A stretch of DNA of 64,000 bases. Source: an uncultured Acidobacteriota bacterium. Its GTDB lineage: Bacteria > Acidobacteriota > Terriglobia > 20CM-2-55-15. The stretch covers positions 9,678 to 73,677 of the forward strand of contig CAWIJI010000011.1 of the NCBI GenBank assembly GCA_963836435.1, read 5' to 3'. Under the pieces are notes generated by a model that searched no databases, was not told the DNA's origin, and was given only the letters and a program-made list of their open reading frames with translations. The position numbers and the translations under genes are program-made. Positions 50,171-59,008 of the stretch are shown piece after piece (position 1 is the first letter of the stretch; every line of letters begins with the position of its first letter).

Positions 50171-50589
50171 AAGGAAAATCTAACACGGTTCGTCGATAAT
50201 CGGCGCACTCGAGGGGACGCGCCTTACTGCAGCCACGGCTCGGAGCGGCCCGGATTCCGTGCAACCTGAACGATGGAGCGCCCCCGGAAAAACCCAACGG
50301 AATACCTCTGATAAGACACGGCGAATGCCCGGAGCACTATCAAAAAACCGCCGATCCCTAACTTGCGTGCCCATGAGGGCAAAGATTTCCCGCAAGGGCG
50401 CATCAGTCTGAACGCAGTCAGCGCAAAGGGGCGGCGAGAATGCCGCGTCGTCGAAAAGGTAGAAGTCGAAGCCGCGAGTGACGACCGTCGGTGAGCCGCG
50501 CCGTTCGTGCCAACCATCCGAAGGCTCCTTCGATCGCGTCTGCCGGCGGGTGGAAATACCGCAGCGTGATCGTAGAGTACAATTTCATC

Positions 50590-51303
50590 ATGAATAAGGG
50601 GCTGCTTGCCGGGGCGCGCGTGATCTTTATCCTGACGATGACGCTGCACACGACCCGCTCAGCTGCTATCGCCCAGCATGTGCTCGCCGGAATGAAGGTC
50701 GGTGGCCACGTGATCGCCCCCCTCGCCCTCCCTCGCTACGGTTCATCTACGCCGACCGCGTACAATGCGTTCACTCTTGGTCCCGTAGTGGAGTTGACGC
50801 TGCCGCACCGCGCGGGTGTCGAACTCGACGCGTTGCACAAAAGTTATGCTTACACCTATGCCGGCGGGGTTGATGTTGGTTTTTACTCACCGGCCTCAGG
50901 CGGAATCCTGGGGAAATCCGATGTTCACGTTCGCAGCTGGGAGTTTCCTGCTTTGATGAAGCTGCGTCTTACCGACCGTGTATCGCGCCTCTTCATGGCA
51001 GGGGGGATTTCGTTTCGGCACACCAGCGCTTCAGCTCATGTCCAGGGCAACCGATTTGGTCCGTTTTATAGCCAGGCGCCGACTCCGGTGGATTTCACGC
51101 AGAGTTCTCGCGCACTGATTCGAAGATGGACTACCGGGGCAGTGGTGGGGATGGGCGTTAATCTGCGCGCCGGTGACTTCCAATTTGCCCCTGAAGTCCG
51201 ATACAACTACTGGACCCATCCCGCCATCAGCCAGGGGCTGGGGTTCAGGTCGCAGCAAAATGCCATCGATGTCCTCGTGGGCTTGACGTTTGGAAAGAGA
51301 TGA
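50590..51303 (+). CDS. outer-membrane beta-barrel (porin/OmpA-like barrel) protein
   Basis: Signal peptide MNKGLLAGARVIFILTMTLHTTRSAAIA. Alternating amphipathic beta strands with an aromatic-rich C-terminus. Confidence 0.55.
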   Translation: MNKGLLAGARVIFILTMTLHTTRSAAIAQHVLAGMKVGGHVIAPLALPRYGSSTPTAYNAFTLGPVVELTLPHRAGVELDALHKSYAYTYAGGVDVGFYSPASGGILGKSDVHVRSWEFPALMKLRLTDRVSRLFMAGGISFRHTSASAHVQGNRFGPFYSQAPTPVDFTQSSRALIRRWTTGAVVGMGVNLRAGDFQFAPEVRYNYWTHPAISQGLGFRSQQNAIDVLVGLTFGKR

Positions 51304-51360
51304 GCGGGGGCGCTTGCGCTGGCGATAATTCGGGGTTCGAGTCGCGCGGCCCCGAATTCG

Positions 51361-53898
51361 TTATTCGATGTTGCGGAGGATGTCGAGCGGCTTACGGCGG
51401 AGGACGCCATAACTGGCGAACCAGCCCGCGCTCACGGTGAGACCCGCGGTGATTGCTGTGGCGATGACGGCCGGCAACCAGCGGAAGTGATAAGGCGCAT
51501 CGAGAAGTTGGCCGACGAGGATGGAAGACAAGAGGGTGGCGAGCACGGCTCCCAGCACGCCGGCCGCAACTCCGATCACCATGAACTCGGCGGAAAAGAT
51601 GCGCACCAGAGAGCTTTTTGTCGCGCCGACGGTGCGGAAGATGGCGACTTCGCGCATGCGGCGGTGTCGCGTTCCGGCGACGCTTGACGCCAGAACGATC
51701 AACCCGCCGAATATCGCGAAGCCGGCGACAAAGCGGACGGCCTGGCTTGTCTTGTCCATCACATCCTGGACGACTTCGAGAATGTCTGCGGCGTTGACCA
51801 CCGTCACGGTCGGGAATTCGGCAAAGATCCGTGTTTGCAGCGGGCCGATTCCTCCGGGCAACACGCGCACGGAGCCGTAGTAGGCGGTGGCGAAACCGTC
51901 CAGTGCCCCCGGCGAGAGTATGAACTGATTGTTCACCCCTGTGCGAACGCCGTCCGTGCGGCGGATATTCGCGACACGTGCGCGGATCGTGCCTCCCGGT
52001 GCGTTCCATTCAAGCATCTGTCCCACACGAATTCCGAGGCTTTCGGCCGCGACGTCATTGACGGAGACCAACGGTTCTGCAGGCTCGGGTTCCCACCACT
52101 TCCCCTGAAGAATCTGCGTCGACGCGGGCAGGTCCCTGCTCCAGGTGAGCACGAACACCGTATTGGTAAATCGTCGTGTGGCCTCGCCCGTGGTGATTTG
52201 TTCGATCGGTGTGCCATTCACCGACACCAGAGTCGAGGAGACTGCCGGTGACAGGGGTTCCCGGTGCACGATCGAGGGCTCGGTCTCCAGGATTCGTGCG
52301 ATCCCATCCTTCTCCCGATCGGTAATGTTTATCAGAAAAACATTGGGTGCATCCGGCGGCGCCGCCAGGCGGATCTCGTCGAGCAGCGAGTGCTGAACGA
52401 AATACACGCTCATCGTAAACATCACGCCGACGGCGAGGCTCGTCAGGATGGCCACGGAGTGGGCGCCGGGACGATAGAGATTGGCGATGCCGTGCCGCAA
52501 CGAGCGTGATTTGTAAACGAAGGCCAGTCTTGCCGTCTTTCGAAGCAGCCGCATCAGCCCGGCGCCCACAACGGCCATCAATCCGATCCCGGCAATGAGA
52601 CTCCCCGCAAATACTGTCGCATATTTCGGCGATTCGCTTACCCACACCGCGATTGCCCAGAGCCCGGCGATCGTGACTGCCGCGGCCACCAGGCTCGCTC
52701 GATCCCGCGTCGTCGCGGATTCCCCTTCAAACGTTTTTTGCAACAACGCCGATGGGCGGATCCCGCGGATAGCCAGGAGGGGCGGAAGGGAAAACAGAGT
52801 GGCCGTCAGCAGCCCTGCGACCGTGCCTTGCAGCATGGCTGCCCAGGGCCAGATCAAGGTGACGTGGACATCGAAGTAACCTGCAATGAGCCGGGCAAAG
52901 GCAGATTGGGCGATGGCTCCGAAGACTGCGCCGGCAACACTGCCGACGAGCCCGAGGCAGAACGCCTGGACGAGATAGATATAAAGGATGTGTTCGGACC
53001 GGCCGCCGATGCACTTCATGAACGCGATATTTGTCATCTTCTGGCGCAGGTGGCTTTGCATGGTTGCGCCGACACCCAGCCCACCCACGATCAGCGCGAT
53101 GAGGCTGACCATACTGAGGAATCGCGTCGAACGATCCAGGGCGCGAGTCAGCGCGGGATTGGTTTCCGTGTAGTCCGTAATCCGTGCCCGCGTTCCGAAA
53201 GTCGACTCCAGGGCTGCGCGAACCTTTTCGACGCTGCGGTTTTCCGGAAGCTTCAACAGAACTCGCTCGGTCACGCGACTGATGTCCGTGATGATGCCGG
53301 TACTGGTCAGCCCTTCGCGCGTAAACAGAACGCGGGGCCCGAGCGTGAACCCCGTCGTCATACGGTCAGGCTCGCTCGCGACACGCGCAGCGATGCGAAA
53401 CTCGGCCTGGCCGACGCGGATCGAGTCTCCCACGTGGATTCCCAGGCGCAGGAGCAGGTCGTCGGAAACGGCGACAGACTTCTCGTCGAGTCGAGTGTTC
53501 GCCGGATCCAGTTCGAGCTGGCCGTAATAGGGGTACTCGGAGAGATCCGCCCCCTTGATGGAGACCAGAACGGGGACGTGATTCCCGGAGGACGCCATGC
53601 TGACGGTCTCGGTAACTCTCGTCGTTCGGATTCCGTCAGCATCCAGTGCCTGAACCGCGTCGAGATCCGCCTGTGAAGGACGCATCGGCAATCGCACAGA
53701 GAGGTCCGCAGCCATCAAGGCCCTCGCTTCGCGAGACAACGTGTAGTGAACCGAGGCGTTGAACCCGGTGACTGCTGTCAGCGCGCCGGTTCCCAGGGCG
53801 ACGGCCAGAACGAGCAGCGCGAACTTGCCGGTTGCCGCGCGGGTTTCACGCCATGCCATCAGGAGAGCAAAACGCAGTTTGTGGCGGCTAAAGTTCAT
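51361..53898 (-). CDS. ABC transporter permease with two FtsX domains (YbbP/MacB-like)
   Basis: 845 aa. Two 4-TM FtsX modules, each preceded by a large periplasmic domain. Confidence 0.9.
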   Translation of the reverse strand: MNFSRHKLRFALLMAWRETRAATGKFALLVLAVALGTGALTAVTGFNASVHYTLSREARALMAADLSVRLPMRPSQADLDAVQALDADGIRTTRVTETVSMASSGNHVPVLVSIKGADLSEYPYYGQLELDPANTRLDEKSVAVSDDLLLRLGIHVGDSIRVGQAEFRIAARVASEPDRMTTGFTLGPRVLFTREGLTSTGIITDISRVTERVLLKLPENRSVEKVRAALESTFGTRARITDYTETNPALTRALDRSTRFLSMVSLIALIVGGLGVGATMQSHLRQKMTNIAFMKCIGGRSEHILYIYLVQAFCLGLVGSVAGAVFGAIAQSAFARLIAGYFDVHVTLIWPWAAMLQGTVAGLLTATLFSLPPLLAIRGIRPSALLQKTFEGESATTRDRASLVAAAVTIAGLWAIAVWVSESPKYATVFAGSLIAGIGLMAVVGAGLMRLLRKTARLAFVYKSRSLRHGIANLYRPGAHSVAILTSLAVGVMFTMSVYFVQHSLLDEIRLAAPPDAPNVFLINITDREKDGIARILETEPSIVHREPLSPAVSSTLVSVNGTPIEQITTGEATRRFTNTVFVLTWSRDLPASTQILQGKWWEPEPAEPLVSVNDVAAESLGIRVGQMLEWNAPGGTIRARVANIRRTDGVRTGVNNQFILSPGALDGFATAYYGSVRVLPGGIGPLQTRIFAEFPTVTVVNAADILEVVQDVMDKTSQAVRFVAGFAIFGGLIVLASSVAGTRHRRMREVAIFRTVGATKSSLVRIFSAEFMVIGVAAGVLGAVLATLLSSILVGQLLDAPYHFRWLPAVIATAITAGLTVSAGWFASYGVLRRKPLDILRNIE

Positions 53899-53924
53899 AA
53901 GGTCATTGTTGATCTTAACTAGTT

Positions 53925-54075
53925 TCTGTCCTGAAACTCACCCCGAAGGGGTGACGGGAACTTGGCCAGGGGTTAAGCGAAGCGCAACCCCTGGGTCAGT
54001 AAGTCCGCGCATGGTCGCACGCTGAAAGCGTGCGAGGATTGCTCGCGCCCTTTTCAGGGCGCGGGTTTCGTGGCT
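53925..54075 (+). repeat. hairpin-rich intergenic repeat module related to the MITE-like family
   Basis: caccccgaaggggtga, ccaggggttaagcgaagcgcaacccctgg and gcgcatggtcgcacgctgaaagcgtgcgaggattgctcgcgc are variants of the hairpins in the main family. Confidence 0.6.
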
Positions 54076-54104
54076 ATCGTCTCACCACCGCTCCGCGGTC
54101 AAAG

Positions 54105-54331
54105 CACGCCGGAGGCGTGCTGAGAATTTAGCCCCGGGTTAAGCGAGCGAAGCGAGCGCAACCCGGGGTTGCCGTAACGGAGATGTTCGCACCCCGGCAG
54201 GGGTGCAGGGATTCCTCGCACCCCTGCCGGGGTGCGAACGCCCCTCGTGAGATGAACCCCGGGTGTCGCTCGGCTCCACCCGGGGCTACCTTCCTTTCAC
54301 GCCTCCGGCGTGCAAAGTGTCTAAACTCCAG
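54105..54331 (+). repeat. MITE-like hairpin repeat family, copy 4 (full internal hairpin set; right TIR present)
   Basis: From cacgccggaggcgtgctgagaatttagcc... to ...cacgcctccggcgtgcaaagtgtctaaactccag. Flanked by a 13-bp direct repeat ACCGCTCCGCGGT (54087-54099 and 54335-54347). Confidence 0.85.
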
Positions 54332-54411
54332 AGCACCGCTCCGCGGTGCAACAGCCCGTCCAAAGGAGCCGAGTTTCGCGACAGAAACCTACTACGAAAC
54401 GCTCCCCAACC

Positions 54412-55086
54412 TCACCCTTCGTCCCTCACAATCCGTCCGTCATTCAGAATCAGCCTCCGGTCGGCGCGCGCGGCAAGCGAGTCGTCATGCGTCACGAGAA
54501 TCAGTGTGGTTCCTTCTTCCTTGTTGAGCTTCCAGAGCAGGTCGAGAACGTGTTTCCCATTAGTACTGTCGAGGTTTCCTGTCGGTTCATCCGCAAACAG
54601 TATCGAGGGCTTCATCATGAATGCGCGGGCAAGCGCCACACGTTGCTGCTCGCCGCCCGAGAGCTGGGCAGGGTAGTGCGAGCTTCGATCGTGGAGGCCG
54701 ACGCTCTCAAGCAGGTATTTCGCGCGGGAAGAAGCGCCGTCGCGCTCGTCTCCGAGCATTTCCATCGGAAGCATCACGTTCTCGATAGCCGTCAGGGTCG
54801 GCACGAGGTGATAAGCCTGGAAGACGAATCCGAGTTTGCGTCCGCGCAGAAGGGCCATTTCATCTTCGGCGAGCCCGGTGATGTCCACGCCGTCGATTTC
54901 GATCGTTCCGGACGTCGGCCAGTCCAGCCCGGCGAGCAGGCCCAGAAGCGTGCTTTTCCCGCTTCCCGAGGGCCCCATGATCGCGGCAAACTGACGATCT
55001 GGAATCTCGAAGCTGATGTCGCGAACGATCTCGACCGTGTGGGCTTCATGCCGGATGGTCTTGACCAGGTTGCGCACGGCTATCAT
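54412..55086 (-). CDS. ABC transporter ATP-binding protein (YbbA/LolD-like)
   Basis: Walker A GPSGSGKST, ABC signature LSGGEQQR and Walker B ILFADEPT. Confidence 0.95.
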   Translation of the reverse strand: MIAVRNLVKTIRHEAHTVEIVRDISFEIPDRQFAAIMGPSGSGKSTLLGLLAGLDWPTSGTIEIDGVDITGLAEDEMALLRGRKLGFVFQAYHLVPTLTAIENVMLPMEMLGDERDGASSRAKYLLESVGLHDRSSHYPAQLSGGEQQRVALARAFMMKPSILFADEPTGNLDSTNGKHVLDLLWKLNKEEGTTLILVTHDDSLAARADRRLILNDGRIVRDEG

Positions 55087-55109
55087 GATGGGAGCCCGGT
55101 ATCTAATAC

Positions 55110-55823
55110 ATGCATAGGATCACTTACTTGATGCTTTTCGCCCTGCTGGCCTCAGGCTGCGGGAATTCCACCCCGGCGGAATCGCCGCCTTCTGCCGGAG
55201 ATAGCGCCGTTCCTTCTCCTGCCCCCAACGCAACCGCCGATGACCGCCCTATTATTCTCGCATTCGGTGACAGCTTAACAGCAGGTTTTGGCGTGCCGCC
55301 GGGTTCCGGCTATCCGGAGAGGCTCCAAAAGGAGCTCGATGGGCAGGGTTACGCGTATCGCGTCGTGAATGCCGGCGTCGGCGGCGACACTACCGGGGGC
55401 GGTCTGGCGCGCCTTCGAAGAGCTCTCGATCTGAACCCGGAGATCGTCATTCTCGAACTCGGCGGCAACGACGGATTGCGCGGCATCCCGATCGACGTGA
55501 TGCAATCGAATCTTCAAGAGCTGATCGTCGCCTTCAAGAAGGGTGGGGCAAAGGTTGTGCTCGGCGGAATGACACTGCCAAGAAACTTCGGCCCCGATTA
55601 CATTTCCGCGTTCGAAAAGATCTATCCAGCGCTTGCTGCAAAAAACAGCGTGGCCCTCATCCCGTTTTTCCTGGAAGGTGCCGCAGGCAATCCGGATCTG
55701 ATGCAGGACGATGGCATCCATCCCAATCAGGCCGGCTACAAATTCGTCACCGCAAATGTTCTGAAGTATCTGAAGCCGCTCTTGAAAGAAGGGGAAGGGA
55801 AATTGGGGACAGAGAGCCATTAG
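55110..55823 (+). CDS. SGNH/GDSL arylesterase (TesA-like thioesterase/lysophospholipase), secreted lipoprotein
   Basis: Lipobox LLASGCG, block I AFGDSLTAG, and GGNDG and DGIHP blocks. Divergent from the ybbA-like gene, as in the E. coli tesA-ybbA-ybbP arrangement. Confidence 0.85.
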   Translation: MHRITYLMLFALLASGCGNSTPAESPPSAGDSAVPSPAPNATADDRPIILAFGDSLTAGFGVPPGSGYPERLQKELDGQGYAYRVVNAGVGGDTTGGGLARLRRALDLNPEIVILELGGNDGLRGIPIDVMQSNLQELIVAFKKGGAKVVLGGMTLPRNFGPDYISAFEKIYPALAAKNSVALIPFFLEGAAGNPDLMQDDGIHPNQAGYKFVTANVLKYLKPLLKEGEGKLGTESH

Positions 55824-55880
55824 CCGAAACCTTTATTTCCGCTCGGCTCATTGCTCGCTGTCCCCAATTTCCCTTCCCCT
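55791..55880 (+). repeat. palindromic REP-like element, copy A (35-bp arms, about 17-nt loop); supplies the last codons and stop of the tesA-like gene
   Basis: Left arm ggggaagggaaattggggacagagagccattagcc. Right arm ggctcattgctcgctgtccccaatttcccttcccc is a near-perfect reverse complement. Confidence 0.75.
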
Positions 55881-56000
55881 TCTTTCACCCGTTATCTCTA
55901 CGGCAGGGTCGGTCTTTCAAACTTCGTTGTTGGCGAAAGGTCTGGAATGGAGAGTGTGGTGAATTGGCGCAGGCTCAGGTCCCGCAATCGGCCGGTCCGG

Positions 56001-56561
56001 TCAGCGGCCCGGAGGATACTTGGCCAGCTTTCGCTGCAGCGAACGCCGGTGAATGCCGAGCAGCTTTGCCGCCTGGGTGATGTTGCCGGAACAGTCCGAG
56101 AGCACGCGCTGGATGTGTTCCCATTCGACGCGCGCCAGGCTGGGTACTGTCAGGGGTGCCTGCTTTTCGGGAAGGGTTGCATGCAGTCCCTCGTACGCCG
56201 CGAGTATCTGGTCGACGTCCAGAGGTTTGCCGAGGTAATGATCCGCACCCCGTTTCAGCGCCTGCATGGCCGTTGGGATGCTTCCGTATCCGGTCAGGAT
56301 GAACAAGGTAATCGTCGAATCGATTCTCTTGATGCTTTCGATAAGGTCCAGGCCGTTCGCATCCGGCATTCGCAAATCGAGCAGGACGAGATCGGGACTG
56401 GCTTTCGATACAAGGTCCAGAGTCTCGGTCGCGCTGCCGGATGCGTAGGCCCCCCATCCTCTTTCCCGGAATGCCCGGCAAAGACGATCGCGAAATACCG
56501 CCTCGTCGTCGACCACCAGGACGACGGGATCGTCTTTGAGGGGATCCTTACCGCTGGACAT
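56001..56561 (-). CDS. Fis-family response regulator (RegA/ActR/PrrA-like: REC + Fis HTH)
   Basis: REC domain (VVLVVDDE ... LLDLRMPD) and C-terminal ...ITQAAKLLGIHRRSLQRKL. Confidence 0.88.
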   Translation of the reverse strand: MSSGKDPLKDDPVVLVVDDEAVFRDRLCRAFRERGWGAYASGSATETLDLVSKASPDLVLLDLRMPDANGLDLIESIKRIDSTITLFILTGYGSIPTAMQALKRGADHYLGKPLDVDQILAAYEGLHATLPEKQAPLTVPSLARVEWEHIQRVLSDCSGNITQAAKLLGIHRRSLQRKLAKYPPGR

Positions 56562-57858
56562 TGTTGCCAACGGGAAGTTCCAGAATAGCCGTGCACCCCC
56601 GCCCCGGCGTCGACTCAAACGACAGGCTCCCTCCGAGGCGCTGGGCGAAAAGGTGGGCCAGAAAAGCCCCGAGACCCATACCTTGTCCGGGCGGCTTCGT
56701 GGTGAAGAACGGCTCGGCGACGCGGTCGGCAATTTCCGGAGTCATCCCCGTACCCCGGTCGCGAACCAGGAACCGGAGACGGGACTTGCTCGACTCTGCC
56801 TGCAGTAGTACAGGTTCTCCGTCAGGGCTGGCGTCCAGCGCGTTTTTGACGAGTGCGCCGAGCGCCTCCACGGCGGCCCGTGCCGGAAGCAGGCAGAAGC
56901 GTGGCCCGGAGTCTCCTACTTCCACTTCAATCCGTGCTTCCTGTTCCGGGAACCTCTGCCTGATACGACCCAGCAGATCCCCTAGCTCGACAGAACTCGG
57001 AGCCTCGCCCAGCGGGTCTGCGCCCTGGGCTCCCATGCGCTCGAGAATCAGACGACAACGTTCCACTTCGGCGCGAATCAGCCTGGCGTCGTCCTGGACC
57101 CTGTCATCCTGGAGCCGTGCCTTCGCGTCACGTTCGATCTCTTTTGCGGAAACCGCAATCGTTGCCAGCGGTGTCGCGATTTCGTGAGCAGCTCCGGCGG
57201 CCAGCGTTACAAGGGAAGCAAGTCGCTCGTTTCTCGCCAGGCGTTTCTGCATGAGCAATAACTCCTGCTCCTTCTGGCGCGCTTCCTCCGAGACCTTGCC
57301 GATGAAGTAACTGATAAGAACGGCAGCTGTCGTGAAGGCAGCCCACATCCCGAGCAGGTGCAGGGAGAATTCTCCCGGCGGCGAATGTATCCGGAACGCA
57401 GGGACATCGCGCGATACCCAGAAGAGCAAGCCGAACGAAACGACAGAGACGAATCCCAGCACCCAGGTCCAGGCCCGATGCAAGATCACTGCGGAGAATG
57501 TAATCTGAACGAGATACAGAAGACTGAAGGGGTTCGTCGGGCCCCCGGTCAGGGCGAGGATATAGGTCAGGCAGACTGTATCGAGGACGAACAGCATTCC
57601 GACGACGTGTTCGGCGTTCTTGTGCGGTTGCTTTTGCCAGCGCCTAAACAAATCGTTGGTGCTGACCTGCACCAGGATAAGGGCTATCAGTCCGGCAATG
57701 GGAACCTGGATCTGGAGCCCGATCGCCACCGCCAGAATCAGCAGGACTTCCCCGGCCATGATTCCGTAGCGGAGTCTCAGAATCCACGGCAACGCCAGCC
57801 GGGAAGCAATCTCGCCCGAATCAGAAGAGTTGGTTTCAGATTGGACCGCCACGCCCAA
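56548..57858 (-). CDS. RegB/PrrB/ActS-like membrane sensor histidine kinase
   Basis: Six N-terminal TM helices, an H-box with AAGAAHEIATPL, and a C-terminal HATPase_c. Overlaps the regA-like gene. Confidence 0.85.
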   Translation of the reverse strand: MGVAVQSETNSSDSGEIASRLALPWILRLRYGIMAGEVLLILAVAIGLQIQVPIAGLIALILVQVSTNDLFRRWQKQPHKNAEHVVGMLFVLDTVCLTYILALTGGPTNPFSLLYLVQITFSAVILHRAWTWVLGFVSVVSFGLLFWVSRDVPAFRIHSPPGEFSLHLLGMWAAFTTAAVLISYFIGKVSEEARQKEQELLLMQKRLARNERLASLVTLAAGAAHEIATPLATIAVSAKEIERDAKARLQDDRVQDDARLIRAEVERCRLILERMGAQGADPLGEAPSSVELGDLLGRIRQRFPEQEARIEVEVGDSGPRFCLLPARAAVEALGALVKNALDASPDGEPVLLQAESSKSRLRFLVRDRGTGMTPEIADRVAEPFFTTKPPGQGMGLGAFLAHLFAQRLGGSLSFESTPGRGCTAILELPVGNNVQR

Positions 57859-57930
57859 ATTCTACTCCCAGCCGCGGCAAACCGTCAGTGTGGCAAGGTG
57901 CCGCACGGGCGCGGAGAAGGAATGCCGGGA

Positions 57931-58040
57931 GATTGGAGGGGAATTGGGGACAGAGAGCCATTAGGCGAGGGCTCAATGTGGAAACTCGATAAAGGTCTCG
58001 GCTAATGGCTCTCTGTCCTCAACTCCCCCAATCTCCCCCC
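57931..58040 (+). repeat. palindromic REP-like element, copy B
   Basis: ggaggggaattggggacagagagccattaggcgag ... ctcggctaatggctctctgtcctcaactcccccaatctcc. Same GGACAGAGAGCCATTAGCC core as copy A. Confidence 0.75.
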
Positions 58041-58602
58041 CGTCATTTCTGCTCCGGCTTTTTGTCCTCGGGATACCAGTACTTCTTGTGAAGGTTTCGC
58101 AGGCGGTGTCGATTCCGCCTCCGGCACTTGAAAGCGCGTCGGCATCTTTGGCGTCAATCGCTTTCACCGCAACCAGGACCGAATCCTGCAGGGCGCGTGC
58201 GAGCTTCGCCCAGTCTCCTCGATCCTGGTTTATCAGCATCTCGATCTGATCGGGTGTGAGTTCGACATTGGGATCCTTGGCCTGTTCGCCGGGTCTCGCG
58301 ACTTTTCTTCCAGGCATCAGGATAAGATTCATGGCCTCGTGCAGTGTGACGGCTTCGTGGCGCATGTTGGCCCACTCCTCGTCGTTCTTGGGCGCCTGCG
58401 TCTCGACTCCCTTCTCCGTGACGGACGTGGAGACGGCGTTCCACAGGCTATCCGCCCTCGGCTCCACCATGGATTGCATGATCTCCCGGATGGTGAACGC
58501 CGGCGCAACGTCAGGCGGTGCATCGGCGGTTTTACTGGCTTCGCAGGCCGCTGCGGCGCACGCGGATATTGCGACGGTGAGAAATAGGAGGAACTTTCGC
58601 AT
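57973..58602 (-). CDS. class II cytochrome c (cytochrome c'-like) lipoprotein; the heme-binding CxxCH is out of frame, so possibly a pseudogene or a sequence error
   Basis: Lipobox LTVAISACA and a four-helix-bundle-like body. The ORF ends ...GGIDTACETFTRSTG.... Inserting one G (acct-g-tcacaag) restores ...TACETCHKKYWYPEDKKPEQK*, the classic C-terminal CxxCH-x2-Y of cytochromes c'. Confidence 0.5.
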   Translation of the reverse strand: MRKFLLFLTVAISACAAAACEASKTADAPPDVAPAFTIREIMQSMVEPRADSLWNAVSTSVTEKGVETQAPKNDEEWANMRHEAVTLHEAMNLILMPGRKVARPGEQAKDPNVELTPDQIEMLINQDRGDWAKLARALQDSVLVAVKAIDAKDADALSSAGGGIDTACETFTRSTGIPRTKSRSRNDGGEIGGVEDREPLAETFIEFPH

Positions 58603-58708
58603 TTAGCCTTCCTTTCATCGGGGCTGAATTAATTACGGGACAGCGCGTAAGCTACTACGAAAAACACGTCCGCAAGAATTGATTTCGCGAGGAATCAAAC
58701 TGCCCCGC

Positions 58709-58942
58709 CTGGAGTTTAGACATTTTTCACGCCGGAGGCGTGAAAGGAATTCAGCCCCGGGTGGAGCCGAGCGACACCCGGGGTTCATCTCACGAGCGGC
58801 TTGCACCCCTGCCGGGGTGCGAGGAATCCCTGCACCTCTGCGGGGCCCTGCCGGGGTGCAACATTCCCGATACGGCAACCCCGGGTTGCGCTCGCTTCGC
58901 TCGCTTAACCCGGGGCTAAATTCTCAGCACGCCTCCGGCGTG
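58709..58942 (-). repeat. MITE-like hairpin repeat family, copy 5a (inverted orientation, left TIR intact)
   Basis: cctggagtttagacatttttcacgccggaggcgtgaaagg...ccccgggtggagccgagcgacacccgggg...cacgcctccggcgtg. Confidence 0.85.
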
Positions 58943-58944
58943 CA

Positions 58945-59008
58945 CTGGAGTTTAGACATTTTGCACGCCGGAGGCGTGAAAGGAAGGAGCCCCGGGTGGA
59001 GCCGAGCG
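58945..59008 (-). repeat. MITE-like repeat copy 5b, left fragment (interrupted by the IS5-family insertion; continues at 60079)
   Basis: ctggagtttagacattttgcacgccggaggcgtgaaaggaaggagccccgggtggagccgagcg. The same sequence is continuous in copy 5a. Confidence 0.8.
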
